A stretch of DNA of 64,000 nt from a virus (Duplodnaviria > Caudoviricetes): positions 12,391-76,390 of IMG/VR virus record IMGVR_UViG_3300023170_000014, one strand, 5' to 3'. Below are positions 28,262 through 38,544 of this stretch, one piece after another. The stretch's first letter is position 1; every line of letters begins with the position of its first letter. The notes below the pieces were generated by a model that searched no databases, had not been told where the DNA came from, and was given only the letters and a program-made list of their open reading frames with translations. Made by a program: the position numbers and the translations under genes.

Positions 28262-31200
28262 ATGGGAAGACGAATCGCCTATTCTCCAGAAGTTCGTGTT
28301 TATATACAGCCTAATGAAACAGACGATGAGGGCAAATTAGTCCCCCCTATTGATATTTCTAATGATATAATTGAAGGGTCAATAGAAAGAAGATCAAATG
28401 ACGTTTCTACTGCTAGGTTTGTTCTTCAAGGTAGAAGATCTGGTGGGTCAGAAGACAATACTACTTCTATTTTATTATCAGGCAAAATTCGTCCTATGGA
28501 TAGGATCGTAGTTTATCTTAAAAAAACGAAGCCAATTTTAGTGTTTTCTGGCTATATTGATTTAGTACCTTTAGTTCAGTTCGTTCCAGAGCCAGTTGTT
28601 ATCGAAGCAAGTTGTTCTCTAAAAAGATTGCAATATACTTACTTTGACCCAACTCTTCCCAACGTAATGCAGGCTTTTTTGCAAATGGGTATGATTGTTC
28701 AAAATAATGATAGTGGATTTAATGTATTTCAGCCTCCCGGAGCAGATTCAACAGGAACTGGAGACATTGAAGATCAAGGTTTTCCTAAACTACTTAGTTT
28801 TCTTTTAATTGATGTGGGAGGTTGGAACCCAGATACTGTTTACATTGAACCTCTTCCTCAAGAATGGTTAGACACTGTTGAGCCAATGTTTAGAAACTTT
28901 ATTGTAGAAGATCAAACTTGGGAATCAGCAAAAGAATTTTTAGATGCTTGGCTTGGGGCTGAACCGTCAGGAGATGGTGGTGGTGGTGTAGGAGGGTCAG
29001 GAACTCATGTATTAGTAGACGAAGAAAAAGTCTTGAATTATTTAAAAAGTGTTGATGTAGCACAATGGATTATTGATCAATTGCCAACTTACTACAATGT
29101 TGGGACAAAGCATAAAGTTGATCCAAGATTTCTTATTGCAATCACTTTATTAGAAACTTCTTATGGTAAACACCAACCTGCTGTAAACAGACATAATCCC
29201 GGAGGTCTAGGAACAGATTATTCTTATCCTTCTTGGGAAGTTTCGATTCCCAAGATGGCTACCATAACATGGGAATCGAAAAGCGAATATGATGGGAAAT
29301 ATACTGTTGAAGAAATTGGTTCTGTTTGGGCACCTGTTTCTGATCCTAGAAATGATAATGCAAATTGGCCTAAAAATGTAAAGAGTTTTATGGAAAAAAT
29401 GGGAGCCAATCCTAATTTTCCCGTTCGTGGTCCAAAATATGAAAAAGCAGTAGAAGATGCTGCAAGCCCGACAAGAAACTCTGCCGCTGGAACGGGGACT
29501 AGAGACAATAATACTTTAACAGTGTATTTAGAAGCAGTTGGTGCTGGAGCAAATAATGATACGTTTTTAAATGGATATCAAAAATTAGATTTTTTTGCAA
29601 GAGGATATGAAGTAGAATCTAGTATTAATAGAATGGCAAAAAATAGAGATATTGCTAAAAGAATTAAAGATAGAGTAAATGAAATAATTGCTACACAAAA
29701 TAGAATAAATAAATCAAAAAAAATTAAAGAAGTTGATCCAATTGATATTAAAATAGTTTATCATTCAGATGTTACAAAAGGTTGGAAAGGAGATTTGTAT
29801 TTAGCAATAGATCATACTGATTCTGATAGAGATGAAGATTTTTGTTACTATGTTACACCAAAGGGTAGCAGTCCTAATTTAACTAATCCAAGCATTACTC
29901 AGGGTTATCGCGGTCCTTTGAATACGGGTCAATATGGGTCTGATTGGAAGAAACCTTCAAGTATCTTTGGACGGGACGTAATTAAAAATGACAAATCTTT
30001 AATAAAAAATTCTAATAATTTTATCAATTTACTAGGAAAAGCAAAGAACAATCCTAATTCAAAAAAGAGTGGCAATGGATTAACTGCAATTAGAGGATCA
30101 CAAAGTTTTAGTTCAGAAGAGGCCGCAAAAAATTCTTGGAACGGATCAATTCCCGGATTTTTCTATACTGCGGCATCAACTTGTGCGTATCTACAACTTC
30201 CAAATAAAAGTTCAGAATGGATTCCTGAAACCGATGATTGGGCATGGCAGATAGCAATTGCTATTTATGATTATGCTATAAAAATGAAATCTAAAGGAAA
30301 AATTCAAAAAACTATTGCTGAAGGAAACCCAAATAAAGAAGATACTACTGATCGCGGTAATGGAACTTCCGTCGTGGGGAGTGAAAAATTTTTTAACCCG
30401 CTAGGCGGTGTAAAATGGAATAATTTAGGTGGCGTTGCTGGTCACAAAGCGAGACCGGAGAACAATTGGCAAAGCGATTATGCTGTTGATATGGGAGTCC
30501 CTGAAGGCACTCCTGTTTTTGCTCCTTTTAGTGGGAAAATAGTAAAAGAAGGACTACTTGATTCTAGCGATCCTAAAATGGCTGGGATTAGAGTTGGTTT
30601 AGAAGGAAATACTGGATATTCTGCTTATCTTGCTCATTTGAGTTCCACAATTGTAAAAGTCGGAGATGAAGTCACTGGAGGTCAACAAATTGGTTTAAGT
30701 GGTAAGGCTGGTCCTCCCCATTTACATTTTGGAATGGCAAAAGGTTCATATAATGCACCATATTCTGCTGGAATTGACCCAATGCCATTTTTAGATGGCG
30801 CATCTACAGATGTGTCTGGCGGTTCTAGTAGCGGAAATGATGATTCTAAAAACTATCAAGATGCAATTAATTTTAATAGAGCAGCCTTTAATGTTGCTTA
30901 TCAATTCCCCGGAAGTCTAGTTGATTCACTTTTGTTGAGAGGTAAAAGAGCATTACAAAATGACGTTCCTTTATTTGACAGTGTTAAAGATATAGCAATT
31001 GGTTCAATGCGTAATTTTGCTTCTCTTCCAAATGGCGATTTTATTGCTTGGTATCCCGATTATTTTAATATTGCAAAAAGAACTCCGTGGCTTAGAATTA
31101 GTCAATTAGAAATTAAAAAATGTACAATTGATTTTTCTGATAAGTATCTTACTACTCATGTTTATATTATGGGAAACCCTTACGGAATTGGCAATTTCCC

Positions 31201-31882
31201 CTCTGCTAATTCCGATTGGTATGAAAAATTACAAGGTGCTGGAGTAATTACAATTGAACAAGAAGGAATATTAGATTCTTTTCTTTATCCATTAAATAAA
31301 GAAGAAAAGACAAAAGATAAAACAAAAAAAGATAAAGAAGAAAGAACAGATGATGGTGAAGATTTTGAATTTAATCAAAAAGAATCTTCTCTTAATTTTC
31401 TAGAAAAATATGGAGCAAGACCTTACACAGAAAGTAATCTTACTATTCGTCATCCTATTGTTGAATTTTTTTACGCATATCATACCTTTATGACTAAATG
31501 GGCAGAACAATTTATTTCAAGAGCAGAATTTACTTTTATGCCTGAACTATTTCCCGGCATGATTATTGAAATTCCTAATTATCAAAATAATATAAAAAGT
31601 TTTACTTTTTATGTTCAAGATGTAACTCATACATTTAGTTATTCTAGTGGATTTAGTACTTCAGCAGTTTTGATTGCTCCGGGAATGACAGATTATGACG
31701 AAACAAAAGATCCTATTGGTATGGTCGCAGTAAGACCTCCTTCTGGAGCGCGACCAGCGACAGTTGTTCCTATGAACAAAAGTACGACAGGAAAAAAGCA
31801 AACTTATAAGGAATGGCTCAATGGGAGAAAAAGTACAAAAAAACTAGCGGCTCAATGGGATAAATTGGATGGAATAAGTTAA
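28262..31882 (+). CDS. baseplate hub with glucosaminidase/lysozyme-like and M23 peptidase inserts
   Basis: Hub ends (YSPEVRVYI; FSGYID; FTFMPELFPGM); VDPRFLIAITLLETSYG...HNPGGL; AVDMGVPEGTPVFAP...YLAHLS...PHLHFG (M23). Confidence 0.8.
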   Translation: MGRRIAYSPEVRVYIQPNETDDEGKLVPPIDISNDIIEGSIERRSNDVSTARFVLQGRRSGGSEDNTTSILLSGKIRPMDRIVVYLKKTKPILVFSGYIDLVPLVQFVPEPVVIEASCSLKRLQYTYFDPTLPNVMQAFLQMGMIVQNNDSGFNVFQPPGADSTGTGDIEDQGFPKLLSFLLIDVGGWNPDTVYIEPLPQEWLDTVEPMFRNFIVEDQTWESAKEFLDAWLGAEPSGDGGGGVGGSGTHVLVDEEKVLNYLKSVDVAQWIIDQLPTYYNVGTKHKVDPRFLIAITLLETSYGKHQPAVNRHNPGGLGTDYSYPSWEVSIPKMATITWESKSEYDGKYTVEEIGSVWAPVSDPRNDNANWPKNVKSFMEKMGANPNFPVRGPKYEKAVEDAASPTRNSAAGTGTRDNNTLTVYLEAVGAGANNDTFLNGYQKLDFFARGYEVESSINRMAKNRDIAKRIKDRVNEIIATQNRINKSKKIKEVDPIDIKIVYHSDVTKGWKGDLYLAIDHTDSDRDEDFCYYVTPKGSSPNLTNPSITQGYRGPLNTGQYGSDWKKPSSIFGRDVIKNDKSLIKNSNNFINLLGKAKNNPNSKKSGNGLTAIRGSQSFSSEEAAKNSWNGSIPGFFYTAASTCAYLQLPNKSSEWIPETDDWAWQIAIAIYDYAIKMKSKGKIQKTIAEGNPNKEDTTDRGNGTSVVGSEKFFNPLGGVKWNNLGGVAGHKARPENNWQSDYAVDMGVPEGTPVFAPFSGKIVKEGLLDSSDPKMAGIRVGLEGNTGYSAYLAHLSSTIVKVGDEVTGGQQIGLSGKAGPPHLHFGMAKGSYNAPYSAGIDPMPFLDGASTDVSGGSSSGNDDSKNYQDAINFNRAAFNVAYQFPGSLVDSLLLRGKRALQNDVPLFDSVKDIAIGSMRNFASLPNGDFIAWYPDYFNIAKRTPWLRISQLEIKKCTIDFSDKYLTTHVYIMGNPYGIGNFPSANSDWYEKLQGAGVITIEQEGILDSFLYPLNKEEKTKDKTKKDKEERTDDGEDFEFNQKESSLNFLEKYGARPYTESNLTIRHPIVEFFYAYHTFMTKWAEQFISRAEFTFMPELFPGMIIEIPNYQNNIKSFTFYVQDVTHTFSYSSGFSTSAVLIAPGMTDYDETKDPIGMVAVRPPSGARPATVVPMNKSTTGKKQTYKEWLNGRKSTKKLAAQWDKLDGIS

Positions 31883-31883
31883 A

Positions 31884-32855
31884 ATGGCACAGTTTATTAA
31901 TTCTCCTTCTCAAGTTATATACAATAGAATAAAAATAACTATATGTGATCCTTTAAATGGATATATTGAAGGAATAGATATGTATGGGCAATCTATTAGA
32001 CTTGCCTATTCTTTTTATTATTCTCCCTATATACAAATTCCGAGAATAGACGAATACTGGATTGTAAAAAAAATTGACAACAACTGGAATCTATATGCTC
32101 GTTTTGAAAGCGATGATCAGTTAAGAAAAATTACAGATCTTAGTCCGGGGGATGTTAGAATAGAAAGTAAAAATATTCTTTATGTAGATGCAGATCAAGA
32201 AATAGTTATGGATTTTAATAAAGCGGCTCCAAGTTTGAGAAATCTTGAAGAAAACACTTTACCCGGAACGGCTCTATTTGGTTCTGGTACTCTAAATCAA
32301 TTTTCAGCAGGAACTCTTATTTATACAACTAAATTAGTATCACCGTTAGTATCTGGACTTTCTACAGCAAATTTGCTTGATGGACAAGAAGAAAAGTTAT
32401 TATTAGAAGATGATGACGATAGGCTTATTTGGTCATTTAGATATAATCAATTAAATACAGAATGGAACTTTATTGGTGGTCCCTCTCATGTTCACTTTAC
32501 TCCCGGCACTACCACTAACACAGGAACTGCTTGGGTAGGAACGGCACCGGCAATTACTGTCCCCTATGATGGAACATATATTCTTTCAGGAGGGGCTGAA
32601 GCACAATCAGATGCAAACAATACAGGATTTAATTTAGGCTTATCTGTAAATGGTTCCGCTCCTGCTGCTACACTAACTATTTATGCTTCTCAAAAAGATA
32701 AACCAGAGGCCGTTAGTACTACATATAAATTAGATTTTAATAAAAATGACGTACTTTCTATTCAGTATAGAAAAGATCCAGATTATGCACCTGCCGGTAC
32801 AGCATCTTTCTTCAATAGATGGATCAGAATTGAACCTATAACTGTGACTACATAG
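31884..32855 (+). CDS. baseplate spike / tail tip protein (probable)
   Basis: N-terminal OB-like region (IQIPRIDEYWIV...LSPGDVRI); C-terminal C1q/TNF-like beta region. Confidence 0.5.
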   Translation: MAQFINSPSQVIYNRIKITICDPLNGYIEGIDMYGQSIRLAYSFYYSPYIQIPRIDEYWIVKKIDNNWNLYARFESDDQLRKITDLSPGDVRIESKNILYVDADQEIVMDFNKAAPSLRNLEENTLPGTALFGSGTLNQFSAGTLIYTTKLVSPLVSGLSTANLLDGQEEKLLLEDDDDRLIWSFRYNQLNTEWNFIGGPSHVHFTPGTTTNTGTAWVGTAPAITVPYDGTYILSGGAEAQSDANNTGFNLGLSVNGSAPAATLTIYASQKDKPEAVSTTYKLDFNKNDVLSIQYRKDPDYAPAGTASFFNRWIRIEPITVTT

Positions 32856-32872
32856 TGGTGAATAGCGCAACC

Positions 32873-32882
32873 TAATTATAGA
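32873..32882 (+). promoter_or_regulatory. putative late promoter element
   Basis: TAATTATAGA, identical to 7286. Confidence 0.45.
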
Positions 32883-32896
32883 GGAATATATAAAAA

Positions 32897-33382
32897 ATGA
32901 CTTGGAGCCTTAAAATCTCTAACGGAGATTTAGCAAAAGGATATGATAATAACTTAGAAGTTGTAAGGGGATCAGAAAAGGTCGTCCAAGATTTGATGTG
33001 CTGGATTCGTCATCCTGTTGGCACCGATCCTATGAACCCAGATCTTGGTTCTCTGATTGAATATGGAGAGCAAGGTAAAACTTATATGATTAATAAAGAA
33101 ATGGTTGTTTTACCTGAAGAATACGAAGATTTAGTTGTTTCAGAAATAAATAGACTTATTCGTTATTATCAGTCTTACCAAGGAATGAGGATAGAACAAG
33201 AAATAAACCAGTTTGGTAGAATCGTTACTTATGATCAGGATGAAATTATTAATAATTTTAATATAGATTATATTAAAAATTATGATACTTTATATATTTC
33301 TGTTAATTTAGAAACAATAAGCGGTGAATTGTATAGATTAAATATACCAATACAAAACGAAGCAACTGTTAGAGGAATCTGA
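32897..33382 (+). CDS. baseplate wedge protein (gp25/W-like)
   Basis: SLKISNGDL...GSEKVVQDL...GTDPMNPDLGS; directly before baseplate J. Confidence 0.75.
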   Translation: MTWSLKISNGDLAKGYDNNLEVVRGSEKVVQDLMCWIRHPVGTDPMNPDLGSLIEYGEQGKTYMINKEMVVLPEEYEDLVVSEINRLIRYYQSYQGMRIEQEINQFGRIVTYDQDEIINNFNIDYIKNYDTLYISVNLETISGELYRLNIPIQNEATVRGI

Positions 33383-35790
33383 TGTGGACTCAAGAAGAAT
33401 TTAGTAAAAAAATGAGGGATCAGTTGTATCTATTAGATCCTGAAATTTCCGCCGAATTAGGAACTCCTGAAAGAAAAATTATTGATGCAGTTGCTCAAGC
33501 ACTTGCTGAAACTCAATTTCAAGGTTTTATAGAAGATTATCAATTTGATATTGATACAAAATTTGGATCTGATCTTGATGATTTTGTTCAACTTTTTGGG
33601 TTTTCTAGACAAACTGCAAAAAGAGCAATTGGTCAAGTAACTTTTAGTCGTAATCAAACGAATGGCATTCCAGTTTTTATTCCTGCTGGAACTCAACTCA
33701 GTACAGTTGCGAATGCAGCCTCTCCTGCTGTTAATTTTATAACCTCTGTTGATGCAACTCTCTCAGAAAATCAGTTGTTTGCTAAAGTTCCAATTGAGGC
33801 TACTTTTGCTGGAGGAAACGGAAACGTTGCCGCAGATAAAATTACAGTTTCTACTGGAAACCTAAGTAATATTTCTTCAATCACAAATGAAGTTGCTACT
33901 TACGGTGGAACAAGTTCAGAAACAGACGACGAACTTAAAATAAGATTTAAGAATAATTTATTTAGAAATATTGCGGGAATTGAAGATCAGTTTCTTGCGT
34001 TATCTGTTGCTAATCAATATACAAATAGAGCAGTTATTCTTAAAGCATCAAATAAATTTGAAGAATACATTCAAATTGACGCATCTGGGACTGCGGTTTC
34101 TGAAAATAGAAATGCAAAATATATTTATAATCAAAATTATTATTTAAGTGACAGAAAAGACAACGATACTAAATTCTATAGCCCAGATAGCGATTATACT
34201 TTTACTAGAAACACTCTGGGAGACATAAAATATCCTAGCATTTCTGTTGACAGTTTTGCAGTTAATCCAGCACCAAACGGAACTGTGTCTTTAACTTCTT
34301 ATGAAGATATAGATAGTGGTAATCTTTTTGGCGAATACCAGTATGCTTATACTTATAAATATAATCCGGGTGGAGAAAGTTCTTTATCTCCATTAAGCGG
34401 TACTGCGGTCTTAGAACAAGGCTCTGTAACAATTACAGACATTGAAAATTCATCAGGAACATCTTCTGCCGGGGGAACTGTTCAATATAAAAATGTTTAT
34501 AGAAGAGATTTATTATATGACAACACTTGGTATCAAATAGGAAGTGTTGTTCCAGAAGCAGTATTTGATGTTACAACTGTAGCAAGAGATGCTAATAATA
34601 TTGTTACTTTAACTCTTAATAATGGAACTGCTAGTACAGAAGGTATTGCAACAACTGGAACTGTAACAGTAACTGGTTTAAGTGGAATTGGAACTGCTTT
34701 AGATGGAACTCATGAAATATATTCACTAGGTTCTTCTTCAATATCTTACTCTTCTTCAGGAACAGTTATAACTGCCTCAGCAGCAAGTGGAACTGCTATT
34801 TCTGCATTAACTTTATTTAATGACAATATAGAAATTACTGATTTTATTGAACCTCCCACCGAGGCGTTATCTGAAGGCAAAGTCGTTTTCCTAGAACATG
34901 AATATATTTCTAAATGGAGTAGAAACATATTAGATGAAACTTTAAATTATTCAAATCTAAATAAAATAGATATTTATATTTCAGGTCAAAATACAGAATT
35001 TGCTACTGATGTAATTTATGGGTATGGTAATTTGCTTGTAACTGTAGTAGATAATCCATATTATAATGAAAACTATATTAGACAATCTAGTGGTAGCGTT
35101 TGTTCTGATGGAAATTATTTAATAAATCTAACATGGGTTCCTGTTGTTTCAATTCCAGAACAGATAACTGTAGATGGCTATACTTGGGAATTAAATCAAG
35201 ACTATTGGCTTGCTAAGGATATAACAAATATTAGAGATAGTGAACGTTGTCGTGATGGTCTTGAGATAAGTGCTGCTATGGGTAGTGCTGTGGCAAATAG
35301 TTCTTATTCTGTCGAATATTACTTTAATAAATTGCCTTTATTGACAAACAGAGTCATTGACGCTCACAAACAAATAAATCAAGATGTTCTTGTTCATGCT
35401 GCTAATTTCAGACAATTTCTTATAAATCTTGAAATTATCTATGATAATACTTTTAATGTAGAAGCGACAAATAATGCCATATTTACAGCATTAAGTACAT
35501 ATTTTAATTCAAACCCATTTGGAGCAATTGTACAATTTAGTGATATTGTTGCTTTAGTATATGATGTTCCGGGTGTTTTAAATGCAAGAATTCCAACTGC
35601 CAGTGATGTTGCGGGCACTTCTTATTCTTCCTATTATGGAATTCAAGAAATTAATCCTGATGAAAGTATAAAACAAACTTTTACTAATGATTTTACATTA
35701 GATGAAATTGATCTGCCTGCACTTTATGGTATTGGTCCTGTTGATGGAACAAAGCCTGTTCAAAAGACAAAGGGTACATGGGTGTCTTAA
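33382..35790 (+). CDS. baseplate J-like protein
   Basis: LDDFVQLFGFSR..AKRAIGQVTF, IPAGTQL, GGNGNV, TN...TYGG...ETDDELKIRF. Confidence 0.85.
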   Translation: MWTQEEFSKKMRDQLYLLDPEISAELGTPERKIIDAVAQALAETQFQGFIEDYQFDIDTKFGSDLDDFVQLFGFSRQTAKRAIGQVTFSRNQTNGIPVFIPAGTQLSTVANAASPAVNFITSVDATLSENQLFAKVPIEATFAGGNGNVAADKITVSTGNLSNISSITNEVATYGGTSSETDDELKIRFKNNLFRNIAGIEDQFLALSVANQYTNRAVILKASNKFEEYIQIDASGTAVSENRNAKYIYNQNYYLSDRKDNDTKFYSPDSDYTFTRNTLGDIKYPSISVDSFAVNPAPNGTVSLTSYEDIDSGNLFGEYQYAYTYKYNPGGESSLSPLSGTAVLEQGSVTITDIENSSGTSSAGGTVQYKNVYRRDLLYDNTWYQIGSVVPEAVFDVTTVARDANNIVTLTLNNGTASTEGIATTGTVTVTGLSGIGTALDGTHEIYSLGSSSISYSSSGTVITASAASGTAISALTLFNDNIEITDFIEPPTEALSEGKVVFLEHEYISKWSRNILDETLNYSNLNKIDIYISGQNTEFATDVIYGYGNLLVTVVDNPYYNENYIRQSSGSVCSDGNYLINLTWVPVVSIPEQITVDGYTWELNQDYWLAKDITNIRDSERCRDGLEISAAMGSAVANSSYSVEYYFNKLPLLTNRVIDAHKQINQDVLVHAANFRQFLINLEIIYDNTFNVEATNNAIFTALSTYFNSNPFGAIVQFSDIVALVYDVPGVLNARIPTASDVAGTSYSSYYGIQEINPDESIKQTFTNDFTLDEIDLPALYGIGPVDGTKPVQKTKGTWVS

Positions 35791-38544
35791 ATGGCTGATA
35801 TTTTTACTCTTCTTTCAAATGGTCAATTAGTAGAAAAAAGAGAAATTGTTGAAGGATTAAATCCAACTTCAGATTTTTTGGAATATATTAGAAAATTTTT
35901 TCCTGAAGAAATTTACAATTTAAATGAAAACAGTACTTTATATAAATTTTTATATTCTTTATTAGGCGACTCAGGTGTACTTGGAGTTAAAAAAGGATTG
36001 TTAGCCCCTCGCCTTTATACAACTCTTAACGGTACAAATTTTAATGATATAGATACTCTTTTTTCTAATTTATTTGGCTTAATTAGAGCAAAAAAAGAGT
36101 TATATGATTATGATCCATATAATCAATTGTTAACAGAACAACAATGGTCTTCAATTAAATACAAAGACGCTTCTTTTAAATCAAGAACTCAAGATTTTAT
36201 GAGATTTTTTCAGTATGGAAATTCTTACGATGGAATAAAAATTCTTTCAAGAGCCTCTTCTGGATATGAATGTTATATACAAGAAAATTGGAAATACTTA
36301 GATGATATCCAATCTGACGATCCAATCGGCATTCGAAATTTAAGTAAAACTAACGCTTTTCAAGAAATTATTATAATTCCACAATCTGAGCAAACTCTAT
36401 CTATTGAAGAAAAAAGAAGAGTTACTGAAACTCTAAACCGATTTGTTCCTTCAAATGCGATTGTATCAATTTACTCTGGCGAAAGTTTGCAAACAGAAGT
36501 GCCTTTTGATGTAGACAATATGGAATCTACTAGTAATTATTTTTATATTGATAAAAAAGTAATTGGTAAAAATCTTTTAGATTACTCTTATTCATCTACC
36601 AACAATTGGATTGAATTGGGTCAAGAAAAAAGCGCACCGTATGCTGCCTTTGAGTCAAAAAGTGAAACAGTAGAAACAATTCCAATTTTTAACATTACTG
36701 GGTCTAGTTATCATACTGGCGCTTTTAACTTTGAACAAAAAAAATTATTTGAACATTTAAATGAAATAGAGGATAATAAAAATTATTCTTACACGCCACA
36801 AAATGCGCTAACGAATGTAATTAAAAATAATTACATTTTTAGTCCTTGGCTTTACAGATCTTCTACAAATAAAGGAATCTATACTGTAGATAGATCTTAT
36901 CCTGTAGGATATTTTGCTAATCAACAAAATGCTGTTCAAAAAAGATTCTTCTGGGCTTCAGAAGAAAAACCCTCTGAAATAACAGAGACATTAGAAATTG
37001 ATTTATTAACAAATCAGCCTGTAAACAATATAGAGTTTGAAATTTGTCAAAAACCTATTGATATAAAAATCTATTATTGGTCCCAAGATGTTTTGGATTG
37101 GATTGAAGTTAACTATAGAACGGATATAGAAACTGATTTGTCCGTTTATTATCAAAATGTTTTTAATTATTCATGGCAGTATATGAATCCATACTTTGAA
37201 TTAATAGAAACAAATAAAATAAAAATTGAATTTTATAAAAGAAATGATGCTTTTCCGTTTAACAACTCTATACCTTTCGATTGGTCAGTTGAAGTGAGAA
37301 ATATAAGATTTTTATACTCTATTGCGTCTATTGATGATTTTGTTGCTATGCAAACTATTGATATGTTAGGCAATTCTTATAGAACTTCTTTAAATCAATA
37401 TTCGCTAGAGAACAGATTTAAAACAAAAAAGAATAAGTATTGGAAAAGTCAGATTAACCCAGACAAGTTTGCTGTTGAAGCGCTTTACTTTGATGTGAGT
37501 CAGGCAGGGGAGTCTGTTGCAATAGATGAAATCTTTATTGATCCTCTCACTCCCGGGTGTATAATGCATTTTTATTATTCAACTGATGACTCTTTAACTA
37601 GTTGGGAAAACAAATTATGGAATCCCATTCCTCGTCATTATGTTTTATCAAAAGAGAGTTATCAATTACCTAATACTATTTATGCAAAATATATAAAAAT
37701 TGAATTTTCTAAACTCGCAACAACTCCGTACAATTTTCCAAATACTCAAGAAAAAATAAAATATCGGTTATTTCCCACTTGGGTTGAAGAACTAGCAAAA
37801 GACTTTATCTCAGTTGTTAACACTCCAACAACGGACTCTAATCAATATTCTGAAGTAAAAACTACTTTTATTAATACCGGAATTGTAACTCCAGAGTCTG
37901 ATAAATTAACTTCTGAAATTTCAAAAAGTGTTGTTGATTTTATTAAAGAAAACGTAAAAAGCACAGTACTTGATGAATATCAGGTCTGGAAAAACCCAGA
38001 ACAAGAAACTAGTCGTAGTTCTCAAATATCTGATGTTAATTTTTATCCAAATACTGTTGATAACTTATATCACAATAGTCTTTTACAAACAGTAACAAAT
38101 CGCGTTTCTGATTCAAAGTTTCAAACATTGTTGCAATCTTTAGACACAAATTCTTGGAAAACAGAGAATTACATACTGCCAAAAACATTAGTTAATGTTT
38201 CTTCTAAATCAAATAGAGTTCCTATTGAAGAAGAAAAAAATTGGCCCGATATGTGGTTTATGAAAAAATGTCGTCATGCTTATAAAATTGTCGAATCTCC
38301 AAGAAATGCACAAGTTGGTTATTATGTAGGAATTAAAGATATTAAATTTTATAAAAGAGATAAAACTAAAACTTTTGATGATAGAAATTATATAATTACA
38401 TTAAATGACGAAAGTTTTATTGAAAAAAATGAATTTTCTGCAAACGATTGGAGATGGACATTAAGCGCAGATTCTTTAATTTCTACAGGAGAAAATGTGA
38501 TGCCTGAGTTTGCATCTGAAAATTTTGATGGGGTGGCGTTTTAA
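35791..38544 (+). CDS. baseplate wedge / tail protein
   Basis: Follows J; FPEEIYNL...LYKFLYSLLGDSG; beta-rich C-terminal domains. Confidence 0.65.
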   Translation: MADIFTLLSNGQLVEKREIVEGLNPTSDFLEYIRKFFPEEIYNLNENSTLYKFLYSLLGDSGVLGVKKGLLAPRLYTTLNGTNFNDIDTLFSNLFGLIRAKKELYDYDPYNQLLTEQQWSSIKYKDASFKSRTQDFMRFFQYGNSYDGIKILSRASSGYECYIQENWKYLDDIQSDDPIGIRNLSKTNAFQEIIIIPQSEQTLSIEEKRRVTETLNRFVPSNAIVSIYSGESLQTEVPFDVDNMESTSNYFYIDKKVIGKNLLDYSYSSTNNWIELGQEKSAPYAAFESKSETVETIPIFNITGSSYHTGAFNFEQKKLFEHLNEIEDNKNYSYTPQNALTNVIKNNYIFSPWLYRSSTNKGIYTVDRSYPVGYFANQQNAVQKRFFWASEEKPSEITETLEIDLLTNQPVNNIEFEICQKPIDIKIYYWSQDVLDWIEVNYRTDIETDLSVYYQNVFNYSWQYMNPYFELIETNKIKIEFYKRNDAFPFNNSIPFDWSVEVRNIRFLYSIASIDDFVAMQTIDMLGNSYRTSLNQYSLENRFKTKKNKYWKSQINPDKFAVEALYFDVSQAGESVAIDEIFIDPLTPGCIMHFYYSTDDSLTSWENKLWNPIPRHYVLSKESYQLPNTIYAKYIKIEFSKLATTPYNFPNTQEKIKYRLFPTWVEELAKDFISVVNTPTTDSNQYSEVKTTFINTGIVTPESDKLTSEISKSVVDFIKENVKSTVLDEYQVWKNPEQETSRSSQISDVNFYPNTVDNLYHNSLLQTVTNRVSDSKFQTLLQSLDTNSWKTENYILPKTLVNVSSKSNRVPIEEEKNWPDMWFMKKCRHAYKIVESPRNAQVGYYVGIKDIKFYKRDKTKTFDDRNYIITLNDESFIEKNEFSANDWRWTLSADSLISTGENVMPEFASENFDGVAF

